Shown here: in pieces, positions 31,419-40,193 of the stretch
Position numbering within the stretch: position 1 is the first letter of the stretch
Layout of the letters: each line of letters begins with the position of its first letter
Assembly: GCA_033723415.1 (NCBI GenBank)
Contig: JAWVXD010000003.1
Location: 64,001-128,000, forward strand
Reading direction: 5' to 3'
From: Sulfurospirillaceae bacterium
GTDB taxonomy: Bacteria; Campylobacterota; Campylobacteria; Campylobacterales; Sulfurospirillaceae
DNA: 64,000 nt
Notes under the pieces: model-generated
Told to the model about the DNA's origin: nothing
The model's database searches: none
What the model saw: the letters and a program-made list of their open reading frames with translations, nothing else
Position numbers and translations under genes: made by a program

Positions 31419-31976
31419 ATGAAATTTTTTTATATGATAATCATGATATGTTGCTTCTTTGGAGCAAATATGCAAGCAGAATCATATATATATACAAATG
31501 GGAAAGCATCGCTTTCCCTCCCAAGTAAAGGTGTAACCCTATATAATGGTGTTCCCGTACAAATCATATCCAAACAGGGAAATAACGTAAAAATTAAAAT
31601 TAAAGGATTTGTTGCAAAAAATGATACGACAAAACTGTATGCAACTACAAATAGAAGTCTTTTATTGGCAAGTGTAAAAAATAAAAAAAATTTGATTAAG
31701 GTTTCTAAAGGGGAAGGGATTCTAGTAATTAATGTTCCAAAGAATATTTTGACTGATGATATGGATGAAGCGTGGGAAACAAACTCTGATCTTTTTTATG
31801 ATAAGTGTACTAAATGTCACCATGCAAAGGTTATTAAAAACCATACTATGATGGAATGGGAAGCTATATTCGGCAGTATGAAACAAAAAGCAAAGACTTC
31901 AAATAAGCAAAATAAACTTATCATAAGATTTTTAAAAGCATTTGCAAAAGATGGAATACTCACAGAAAGTAATTAG
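31419..31976 (+). CDS. Monohaem cytochrome c, probable electron partner of the molybdoenzyme
   Basis: Signal peptide and a single C-terminal CTKCH motif followed by a Met candidate ligand. Confidence 0.8.
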   Translation: MKFFYMIIMICCFFGANMQAESYIYTNGKASLSLPSKGVTLYNGVPVQIISKQGNNVKIKIKGFVAKNDTTKLYATTNRSLLLASVKNKKNLIKVSKGEGILVINVPKNILTDDMDEAWETNSDLFYDKCTKCHHAKVIKNHTMMEWEAIFGSMKQKAKTSNKQNKLIIRFLKAFAKDGILTESN

Positions 31977-32001
31977 TGTTTATAAACACTAATTACTTTC
32001 T
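31964..32001. repeat. Perfect 38-bp palindrome over the cytochrome stop codon
   Basis: AGAAAGTAATTAGTGTTTA|TAAACACTAATTACTTTCT. Confidence 0.85.
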
Positions 32002-32064
32002 ATACTTTTCAATAAAGAAAAAAAATTGTAAAATTTCTTAGCTAATTGATGCAAGGAGGATACT

Positions 32065-32757
32065 TTGAATAATCTCTTACTCGAAAAACTTAAAACCTTG
32101 CGGATACTATATATTGAAGATGAAGAGGGCATAAGAAAAAAAGTCTCGGATGCTTTACGTTATTATAGCAAAGAGGTTATAGAAGCATCAGATGGTAAGA
32201 CAGGCTTGAAATTATATATGGAAAAAGATCCTGATATTATCTTTACAGATATTCTCATGCCTGAAATGAATGGAATTGAACTTATAAAAATAATACGGAA
32301 AAAAAATAATCAAATTCCAATAGTCATTACAACTGCTCATACCGATATGGAATACTTATTAAGTGCTATTGAACTACATTTAGAACAATACATAATAAAA
32401 CCTATCAATTTAAAAGATTTAAAGAATTCTTTGCAAAAATGTATTGAAGTTATATTGAAAAATAGATCATTTATTAAAAAATTACCTAGTGGATTTAGTT
32501 ATGATTTTGACCACAAGGTACTTATGTATGATCATAAAGAGATAAAGTTAAGTAAAAAAGAAATTTTATTTTTTGAACTTTTGATACAAAACAGTCATAG
32601 AATAGTGACATATCAAGAACTACAAAATTATATATGGAAAGATGATGTTATGAGTGAAGATGCACTGAAATCTCTTGTGCGAAATATCAGACAAAAATTT
32701 CCGAAAGGTTATATTAAAAATCTCTCCGGTATAGGATATAGAATTCTCGATGATTAA
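32065..32757 (+). CDS. OmpR-family response regulator
   Basis: IEDE, TDILMP, IIKP receiver motifs; winged-helix end GIGYR; TTG start after GGAGG. Confidence 0.9.
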   Translation: MNNLLLEKLKTLRILYIEDEEGIRKKVSDALRYYSKEVIEASDGKTGLKLYMEKDPDIIFTDILMPEMNGIELIKIIRKKNNQIPIVITTAHTDMEYLLSAIELHLEQYIIKPINLKDLKNSLQKCIEVILKNRSFIKKLPSGFSYDFDHKVLMYDHKEIKLSKKEILFFELLIQNSHRIVTYQELQNYIWKDDVMSEDALKSLVRNIRQKFPKGYIKNLSGIGYRILDD

Positions 32758-34456
32758 ATATCTAAGGATAAGATATAAATTTTTGCTTTTAGCGGTACTA
32801 GGGGTTGCCGCTATTATTTTGATGTCGCTATTAACACAAAATATCTTGGAAGAAGGACTCAAAAAAGTCAAAGAAGTTTTTGAAAACTCACAAAAAGTAC
32901 AGAATATCCAACAAGATTTTATTGCACCTCTTTTTAAGCTTAGAGAAGAAACTTTGTCTTTGATCGTTGTTCCTGATAGTGAATATAAAAGAGAGATTGA
33001 ACTGAATATTACGCCACTTATTGAACATTTGAATTACTCCTTTTCATTGTTAGATGGGCATATAAACAATATCTGGAAGAACTATAGAGATCTTATATTT
33101 GTAGCAGACGGCTATAAAAATTACAAAAAATTTGTATATATATCTGATGGTTATATGAAAGAAGATTACAGAAAAGGTGCATTTATGCATACAAAATATG
33201 TTGAAAGGAAGCAATTTTATATTCTTATTTCAAAGCTCAAAGAATTACAAACTATTCAAATGGAAAATTCATATGACACATTTATGAATGCAAAAAAAAG
33301 TTTTGCCAAAAAACAAATTATTATTATATCAGGAGTTCTAGTTGTCATTATTTTAACACTTTTATTTGGATTTTTGATTGCTAGAAATATAGTGTTTTCT
33401 CTGGAAATCGTTCAAAACGGGCTTAAAAAGTTTTTTGATTTACTGGGTAGAAATATTGATAAAGACAAACAAATCAAAATTCAGTTAGAAAATCGTGATG
33501 AATTTGGAGAAATGGCAAAGGTTATTAATCAAAATGTTGAAATTTTGAGAGAAAAATTAAAAAAAGACATATCTCTTATAGAAGATGCAACAAGCGTTTT
33601 TAGTGATTTGAAAAAAGGTCTATTAGAAAGAAGATTAAAAGAAAATGCCAGTTCGAGTGAGCTAAATATACTTAAAATCGTCATGAATGAAATGCTAGAT
33701 AATTTAGAATATAGAATAGACCATGAGATCAAAGAACGAACTAAGCAAGGACAACTTCTAATACAGCAAAGTAAGCTCGCTTCTATGGGAAGTATGATAG
33801 GTAATATCGCTCATCAATGGAGACAACCATTGAGCGAAATCAATGCAATTTTACTCAATATGCAAGTAAAAAAAGAATATAATGATCTAGATAATGATAC
33901 ATTTAAAGAAAGTATAGAGGAGTGTGATCTTATCTTATCACATATGTCAAATACTATCAACGATTTTCAGAATTTTTTTAAGCCTTCAAAAGAAAAAACT
34001 AAATTTAGTCTACAAGAAGCCTGTAGAAATGCAAGTTTTATTATCGAATCATCACTCAAGTACAATAATATTAAATTTAATATAGATATCAAAAACGATT
34101 ATCAAGTTTTTGGATATCCAAGAGAATTTTCTCAAGCAGTTTTAAATATTTTATCAAATGCAAAAGATGCTCTCTTGGAGAGAGGAATTAAAGATCCATA
34201 TATAACGTTAACATTAAAAAAGGGAAAACAATATGCTCTTGTTAAAATTGAAGATAATGCAGGAGGAATTAATGAAGATGTTATTGAAAGGATATTTGAA
34301 CCGTATTATACGACTAAACATGCCAGACAAGGTACAGGAATAGGACTTTATATGAGTAAGATAATTATAGAAGAAAATATGAACGGATATATATATGCTC
34401 AAAATAAGAATGAAGGAGCTTTATTTATAATAAAATTAGCTATCAATTCTCATTAG
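32750..34456 (+). CDS. Membrane sensor histidine kinase
   Basis: Two TM helices, HAMP region, IAHQWRQPL H-box, NILSNAKDA, DNAGG, GTGIGLY. Confidence 0.92.
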   Translation: MIKYLRIRYKFLLLAVLGVAAIILMSLLTQNILEEGLKKVKEVFENSQKVQNIQQDFIAPLFKLREETLSLIVVPDSEYKREIELNITPLIEHLNYSFSLLDGHINNIWKNYRDLIFVADGYKNYKKFVYISDGYMKEDYRKGAFMHTKYVERKQFYILISKLKELQTIQMENSYDTFMNAKKSFAKKQIIIISGVLVVIILTLLFGFLIARNIVFSLEIVQNGLKKFFDLLGRNIDKDKQIKIQLENRDEFGEMAKVINQNVEILREKLKKDISLIEDATSVFSDLKKGLLERRLKENASSSELNILKIVMNEMLDNLEYRIDHEIKERTKQGQLLIQQSKLASMGSMIGNIAHQWRQPLSEINAILLNMQVKKEYNDLDNDTFKESIEECDLILSHMSNTINDFQNFFKPSKEKTKFSLQEACRNASFIIESSLKYNNIKFNIDIKNDYQVFGYPREFSQAVLNILSNAKDALLERGIKDPYITLTLKKGKQYALVKIEDNAGGINEDVIERIFEPYYTTKHARQGTGIGLYMSKIIIEENMNGYIYAQNKNEGALFIIKLAINSH

Positions 34457-34484
34457 ATTATTAATCATACATTTATATAAAAAT

Positions 34485-34702
34485 TGTATAATTCAAGCTA
34501 ATTTAGGGAACATAGGTGAGCGTAATGCTCCAAATTCAAACTTTTTAATTTTATTTTTTGGTTTTAAAAACCTCTTCAAAGAAATGGAAAACAAAAGGAT
34601 GGAAAACAAGTTTGTAGAGTTGATGAGAGATCGTGTTTTAGCGATATATCATCAAAGTTTTTGTGTAAGCAAAAATGCATCTGTAAACAGGAAAACAAAG
34701 AA
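34485..34702 (+). promoter_or_regulatory. metK promoter and ~200-nt structured leader (candidate cis-regulatory RNA)
   Basis: TATAAT at 34487-34492; predicted three-way junction at 34610-34688; GGAAAACAA x4. No match to a riboswitch class I recognise. Confidence 0.5.
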
Positions 34703-35941
34703 ATGGAAAACAAAATGCAAAACAAAACTCAACATTATTTATTTACCAGTGAAGTTGTCAGTCCAGGACATCCTGATAAGTGTGCGGATATTATAGCTGA
34801 CAGTATTGTCGATAAACTTATTATCGAAGACAAAAATTCTAGAGTTGCCAGTGAAGTATTCTTGGCTGGAAAACATATTATCATAGGTGGAGAAGTTACT
34901 ACTAAAGCAAAGATGACTGCTAAAGATTATCAAAAGATAGTCAAAGAAGCACTTATTAAAATTGGTTATGACGGTAAATCTTCTTTTACAAAAGAGCAAT
35001 GCCTTTACCCTGATGAAGTGGAGGTTCAAGTACTTTTAAACCATCAATCACCTGATATCAATCAAGGAGTCGATCAGACAAGCGGAGAGATAGGAGCAGG
35101 AGATCAGGGCATTATGTTTGGCTTTGCTTCAAATGAAACAGCTGATTTTATGCCATCAGCCATTATGTACGCTAGAATGTTGTGTGACAAAGTGTATAAT
35201 TATGCACTTAAACACAATCATAAACTAGGTGTTGATATCAAAACACAAGTTACTATGGATTATGGTACAAAAGAAAATTTTGAAAATTGTCAGCCTCAGA
35301 AAATTCATACTATAGTGGTTTCTGCACCATCAGTGGAAAATATGCCTATTGAAGAAGTTCGAGCATTGATCAAAGGTCTTATCGACGATACAGGTCTTCC
35401 GACTGATCTTTATGATCCAAATGACACTATTATTCATATAAATCCGACTGGAAGATATGTAAATCACAGTTCTCTTCATGACTCTGGTTTGACAGGTAGA
35501 AAACTTATAGTAGATAGTTTTGGCGGTTATTCTCCTATAGGCGGTGGAGCACAATCTAGCAAAGATTATACAAAAGTAGATAGAAGCGGTCTTTATGCGG
35601 CACGCTGGATAGCAAAACACATAGTAGCCAGTGGACTTGCAAAAAAATGTTCAGTTCAACTTTCATACGCTATTGGTGTTGCAAAACCGGTATCTGTAAG
35701 CGTAGATACATTTGGAACTTATACGCTTGTGAGTGATGATATCCTTTCTAACTTTGTTATGGATACTTTTAGCTTGACTCCAAAATGGATCACAAATAAA
35801 TTTAAATTAGATCATCCAAGTAGTGAAACTTTTCTTTATGCAGATGTAGCAGCACGTGGTCAGGTCGGACAGAGTGATTACCCATGGGAAAAATTAGATT
35901 CATTGGATCTTTTTGAAACTTTAAAGAACATATACAGTTAG
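34703..35941 (+). CDS. metK: S-adenosylmethionine synthetase
   Basis: LFTSEVVSPGHPDK, GAGDQG, GLTGRK, GGGAQSSKD. Start is ATG 34703 or 34715. Confidence 0.97.
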   Translation: MENKMQNKTQHYLFTSEVVSPGHPDKCADIIADSIVDKLIIEDKNSRVASEVFLAGKHIIIGGEVTTKAKMTAKDYQKIVKEALIKIGYDGKSSFTKEQCLYPDEVEVQVLLNHQSPDINQGVDQTSGEIGAGDQGIMFGFASNETADFMPSAIMYARMLCDKVYNYALKHNHKLGVDIKTQVTMDYGTKENFENCQPQKIHTIVVSAPSVENMPIEEVRALIKGLIDDTGLPTDLYDPNDTIIHINPTGRYVNHSSLHDSGLTGRKLIVDSFGGYSPIGGGAQSSKDYTKVDRSGLYAARWIAKHIVASGLAKKCSVQLSYAIGVAKPVSVSVDTFGTYTLVSDDILSNFVMDTFSLTPKWITNKFKLDHPSSETFLYADVAARGQVGQSDYPWEKLDSLDLFETLKNIYS

Positions 35942-35955
35942 TTTATAATTAAGAC

Positions 35956-35987
35956 GTAAAAGTGTGTGAATAATCACACACTTTTAC
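35956..35987. terminator. Bidirectional terminator between metK and the M20 gene
   Basis: GTAAAAGTGTGTGA-ATAA-TCACACACTTTTAC, perfect 14-bp stem. Confidence 0.8.
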
Positions 35988-35991
35988 TTGA

Positions 35992-37149
35992 TTATTTAAT
36001 CTTTGTTTCAAAAACTCTAAGCAGTGAGACGGTTAAGATTATAAATCTCTCAATAATAGAATCTTTTTCGATAAATTCATTTCTACTGTGATCATCTGCT
36101 CCTATTGGACCAAAACCATCAAGTACCGGAGTATTTACATTTGCTATTGCATTTGCATCAGAAACACCTCCTCGAAATTCTCTCCCGAATTTTACATTAT
36201 ATCCTTCTATGATATTTTTAAGATCTTCGTAAAAGGAGAGATTGAGTGTCGATTCTTCCATGCTCCCTCTACCGCTGGTAATCTCTAACTTACTTGTGAC
36301 ACCGTCAACAAAGTTCATAGAATCAATCTCGGCAAGTTTTTGTTTTATATTTTTTTCATCATCACTATTTGTAAAGCGAATATCTATAGTTGCTTTTGCA
36401 TAGTCACTTATAGTGTTCGGTCCTACTCCTCCTGAAATCTTGCCGACATTAGCAGATATTTGTGTGTTTGTATCATTAATATTTTCGATTTCAATTATCT
36501 TGTGTGCAAGTTCTAAAATCGCACTTTTTTTCCCTGCAATTTTAAAGGCCGCATGTCCGGCTTCTCCAAAACATTCTAGAGAAGCTCCGATTTTGCCTTT
36601 TCTTCCTGTTACTATTTCACCGTTATGTCCAGCTCCCTCTAAAACAAAAGCTGCAGCTGATCTTTTTGCCTCTGTTTCAATATAAGGCTTTGAGAAAGGT
36701 GAACCGATCTCTTCGTCAGAATTAAAGAAAAAAGTTACCGGTATCTTTTTTAGTAGATTTTTATGTTCCAAAAACTTCAAAGTCATAATACCGATAAGAA
36801 GACCGCCCTTCATATCAAATACACCAGGACCCTTTATGATACCATCACTCTCTGTATAATCTAAAAAACCGGCATCTTGAGGAAATACAGTATCCATATG
36901 TCCACATAGCATTATCTGTGTGTTTTTAGTTTTGACAGCAGGAGTACTGGCTCTAAGTAGATTCCCGTACGTATCACTTTCGATAGTCTGATAATCAAAA
37001 GAAGTTCCAAGATAAGACTTTATCGTATCTAGTACTTTGTCTATACCTGCTTTATTGTAACTATAACTGTTGATCTCGATAATCTTTTTAAAGAGCATGA
37101 AGAATTCATCTTCATGCTCACTAAAGTATTGTTTTAGCTCATTTTCCAT
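35992..37149 (-). CDS. M20 family metallopeptidase (carboxypeptidase G2-like), cytoplasmic
   Basis: GHMDTVF, GPGVFDMKGG, DEEIGS, GRKG, GGVSDAN, DGFGP...HS.NE; no signal peptide. Confidence 0.9.
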   Translation of the reverse strand: MENELKQYFSEHEDEFFMLFKKIIEINSYSYNKAGIDKVLDTIKSYLGTSFDYQTIESDTYGNLLRASTPAVKTKNTQIMLCGHMDTVFPQDAGFLDYTESDGIIKGPGVFDMKGGLLIGIMTLKFLEHKNLLKKIPVTFFFNSDEEIGSPFSKPYIETEAKRSAAAFVLEGAGHNGEIVTGRKGKIGASLECFGEAGHAAFKIAGKKSAILELAHKIIEIENINDTNTQISANVGKISGGVGPNTISDYAKATIDIRFTNSDDEKNIKQKLAEIDSMNFVDGVTSKLEITSGRGSMEESTLNLSFYEDLKNIIEGYNVKFGREFRGGVSDANAIANVNTPVLDGFGPIGADDHSRNEFIEKDSIIERFIILTVSLLRVFETKIK

Positions 37150-37158
37150 GTATGAGTC

Positions 37159-38742
37159 TTATCTATATTTTTCAAATGCAAATGGTTGATTATACTCTTC
37201 CATCGTCATGTCTGGATAATCTACTTCTTCTCCGCTCCACGGTTTTTTCAGTTTTAGATTTCCATTTTCTGCATGTACTACGTTGTCTCTGTGAAGAGGG
37301 ATCTTACCGCCGGCAGTTGCTAGGTATCTAGGTATCGCATCACCAGAGATATTTCCATACATACTCTCAACTATATCTCTACCGACAGAAACAGGTACTC
37401 TCATGTGTGCAAACTCAGGATTTCTAAAGCTACAGTTGAACAAGTAGTAAGGTCTGATGTAAGACTCTTGCAATGCTTCACATAGTTTCCACATTTTGTT
37501 TCTTGTGTCGTTAATACCTCTAAGGAATACTGCTTGATTTAAGATAGCACTTGTCACTTTGCTAAGCTTTCTAAATGCTTCATGTGATTCAGGTGTCAAC
37601 TCTTGTGCTGAGTTGATCTGCGTTACAAATCTAAGTGGTTTGATATCGTTACTTTTTTCACAGATCTCCAAAAATTTATCATCGATTCTTTGTGGTGTCA
37701 TGATAGGGATTCTGCTTCCCAATCTTTTGATCTTGACATGAGGAATCTTGTCTAATTCATTTAATAAGTATTCGATTTTTTTATTTGATAAAGCCAGTGC
37801 ATCACCGCCTGTAATAAGAACGTCTCTGATATTTTCATCATTTCTTATGTAATTTAGTGCTTCTTCATAAGTATTATTTGAACTAACCCAGTCTTTATCC
37901 GATATATGTGCAATTCTCAAACAGTGTGTACAAAACATAGCACACATATTTGTAGCTTTTATAGTTAAGACTCTTGGATAAAATTGGTCTATCAATCTTG
38001 CAGGTGAGTGATCACTTGCAACAGGTTCAAGTTCTATACCATTGTTATCGACCATATCTCCGGTAGGTACACTTTGGAGTAAAATAGGGTCATTTATTTG
38101 GTTTGGCATTATTAAACTTGCGTAGTATGGAGAGATTCTCATCCTAAAAACTTTAGATACTCTTTGGATATCTTCTATAAGTTTTTGAGGAATATCTATG
38201 ATGCTCGCAAGTTGTTCAGGAGACGTTATAGCATATTTTATTTGTCCTGCATAAGAATCCCAGACTTCATCTGTCATTCCTAGTTTCTTCTGTATTTTTC
38301 TTCTGTTCTCTAACATTTGTTCATGTAAGTCAAAACCGCTTGGTGCGTCATCTTTGTTATTATCCAAGTAATCTTTGACTCTTGCGTTTGCTTTTTCAAC
38401 TATCGGCAGTGCTGAATATACTCTACCTCCAACTGACACGCGGTGTTCATCTGTATTTTTATGTTTCATTGCCATCAAATACAGTTCATCTTTGTCAATA
38501 CCGATGTCTTCAGGAGTCGCACCGAATTTTTCTCTTATAGTTTTTAGTTTATTGAATAGTTGAACCATCGGATTGGTTAATTTTTGTGAAGTTTTACTGA
38601 TTTCCAGCCACTCTTTTACTTCGTCAATATCTTTTTGACTTACTTCTTTTTTATCGTTTGAAGGTTCATATAAAAGCTCGAATAATTTTATATCAAATTT
38701 ATCAAGTTTCTCTAGATCCTCATTGCTAACAGCACATTCCAT
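37159..38742 (-). CDS. KamA/Eam family radical-SAM, PLP-dependent aminomutase-like enzyme (atypical)
   Basis: SPYY, CAMFCTHC.R, RDVLITGGD, R.GSR, PQRI, NQAV, RPYY, and GGKIP (PLP Lys); long N-terminal extension. Confidence 0.88.
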   Translation of the reverse strand: MECAVSNEDLEKLDKFDIKLFELLYEPSNDKKEVSQKDIDEVKEWLEISKTSQKLTNPMVQLFNKLKTIREKFGATPEDIGIDKDELYLMAMKHKNTDEHRVSVGGRVYSALPIVEKANARVKDYLDNNKDDAPSGFDLHEQMLENRRKIQKKLGMTDEVWDSYAGQIKYAITSPEQLASIIDIPQKLIEDIQRVSKVFRMRISPYYASLIMPNQINDPILLQSVPTGDMVDNNGIELEPVASDHSPARLIDQFYPRVLTIKATNMCAMFCTHCLRIAHISDKDWVSSNNTYEEALNYIRNDENIRDVLITGGDALALSNKKIEYLLNELDKIPHVKIKRLGSRIPIMTPQRIDDKFLEICEKSNDIKPLRFVTQINSAQELTPESHEAFRKLSKVTSAILNQAVFLRGINDTRNKMWKLCEALQESYIRPYYLFNCSFRNPEFAHMRVPVSVGRDIVESMYGNISGDAIPRYLATAGGKIPLHRDNVVHAENGNLKLKKPWSGEEVDYPDMTMEEYNQPFAFEKYR

Positions 38743-38792
38743 CTTATATCCTTTTAAATTTTGTTATTTCGTTATATCTTTAAATATAACAT

Positions 38793-40193
38793 TTAATTAG
38801 GGCAATCTATTGATCTATCAATCGTAGATGAGATCATTTCTTTGCCAATAGCTATACCGTGATTTATATCTTTAAAATTTTTGCCGAGTGCTACGACTCG
38901 TGCTAAAAATGAACCTTTGTTTACAATAAAATTTTGTCCTACGTGTTCTAGTATCATATGCTCCTTATCTATTTGGTTTTCCATTATTTTTTTAAATATT
39001 TCTAATTCATCACTTCTATGTACAAGGCCGCTATTTGTTTTTGATGTAGCTTCAAGTTTATAGTTATATGTTTCCCAAAAAATATCTTGATTGTTAAAAT
39101 CAGGTTCTATCATGTTTGGGGCTTTTTTATTTTGTGTTACGGCATAAAACTCAATCTCCGGCAAATTTGGAGCATTTTCTGGAAGTATGCAGTTTAATGT
39201 GCAGCAAAATTCCATAGTAGTACCTTGTTTCCTGGGATTTGTTTCTATAAAAAACACTTCATCTTTATCTGTTACGATAAAATCGCATCCAAAGATACCT
39301 CTATATCCAAGTTTTGCCATTTTTTTACCTATTTCTCTTGTTTGTCTTATAATTTCTTCTTTCACACTTAAAGAGACACGTGAAGGGAAAGCTGAACCCT
39401 TGAATTTTGTACCGTCTATTGTCTGATCTGCGATTCCTGCAACGTATATATCTTCTTCATTTATCGCTACGCAAAGAGTTGTCGGATCACATACGTGAGG
39501 TATGAATTTAGTTATTAAAAATTGGTCATCTTTATTTTTGCCAAATTTTTGAGTTATACTATCAATATCTTTAGCGATCAAGCTGTTTACTCCGGCTGCG
39601 CTTTTTTCAAGTGAGATAAAAATACCGTTGTTATCTTCAAAAGATTTGAGTAGCAAAGCCGATTTTTTTGTCAATTCTTCAAATCCGTTTGCAATTTCAT
39701 AAGGAGCCATAGGGACTATATTAGAAAAGATTTCATAAAGAGCAATTTTATTGCTTAATAACGATACTATCTTTTCATCCGGACCTATTACTCTGATTCC
39801 ACTTTTTTGATCCAATGTCATATGACGATTGGACTCGAACATATAAATAAAAAGTTCTTTTTGCTTTCTCAAAATTGTGTCTGTTAGATCATTTATGTAT
39901 TCGCTGTTGGAAACATCTCGCATAAAAAGATCATTGCTCTTTCTTTTATTCTCTCTATCTTTGATTTTATTGACGACTATTATGTTTTCGAAATTATAAT
40001 TGTCAAATACATCCGGAACTATCGTTATACACTCTATATTTGCTTTATCTATATGGTAAATCTTTGAAATTGCCTCTTTGGCAAAATTGCCTATTCCAAA
40101 TGCCTTTATCTCTGTTATAAACAAAAAATAATATTTATTTTCATCATATGTAAAATTTGTAAACCTAATATCGCTATGCATTGGTTTGCTCAT
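38793..40193 (-). CDS. ATP-grasp domain ligase
   Basis: NK..Y, SAAG loop, FLITKFI, GYRGIFGCDF, FIETNPRKQGTT. Confidence 0.85.
   Translation of the reverse strand: MSKPMHSDIRFTNFTYDENKYYFLFITEIKAFGIGNFAKEAISKIYHIDKANIECITIVPDVFDNYNFENIIVVNKIKDRENKRKSNDLFMRDVSNSEYINDLTDTILRKQKELFIYMFESNRHMTLDQKSGIRVIGPDEKIVSLLSNKIALYEIFSNIVPMAPYEIANGFEELTKKSALLLKSFEDNNGIFISLEKSAAGVNSLIAKDIDSITQKFGKNKDDQFLITKFIPHVCDPTTLCVAINEEDIYVAGIADQTIDGTKFKGSAFPSRVSLSVKEEIIRQTREIGKKMAKLGYRGIFGCDFIVTDKDEVFFIETNPRKQGTTMEFCCTLNCILPENAPNLPEIEFYAVTQNKKAPNMIEPDFNNQDIFWETYNYKLEATSKTNSGLVHRSDELEIFKKIMENQIDKEHMILEHVGQNFIVNKGSFLARVVALGKNFKDINHGIAIGKEMISSTIDRSIDCPN

Noticed and set aside
34620..34630. UGAUGA as a hammerhead ribozyme core
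   Set aside because: It lacks the leading C and a correctly placed GAAA, and the motif is predicted to be paired in a stem.
34577..34715. Direct repeats upstream of metK as a mini CRISPR array
   Set aside because: Only two 20-nt copies about 100 nt apart, irregular spacing, and no cas genes.
34703..35941. metK as a dedicated SAM supplier of the aminomutase cluster
   Set aside because: It is convergent, separately terminated, and appears to be the ancestral core gene at this locus.
37159..38742. Naming the gene kamA, ablA, epmB or eam
   Set aside because: The specificity residues match none of them, and the usual partner genes are absent.
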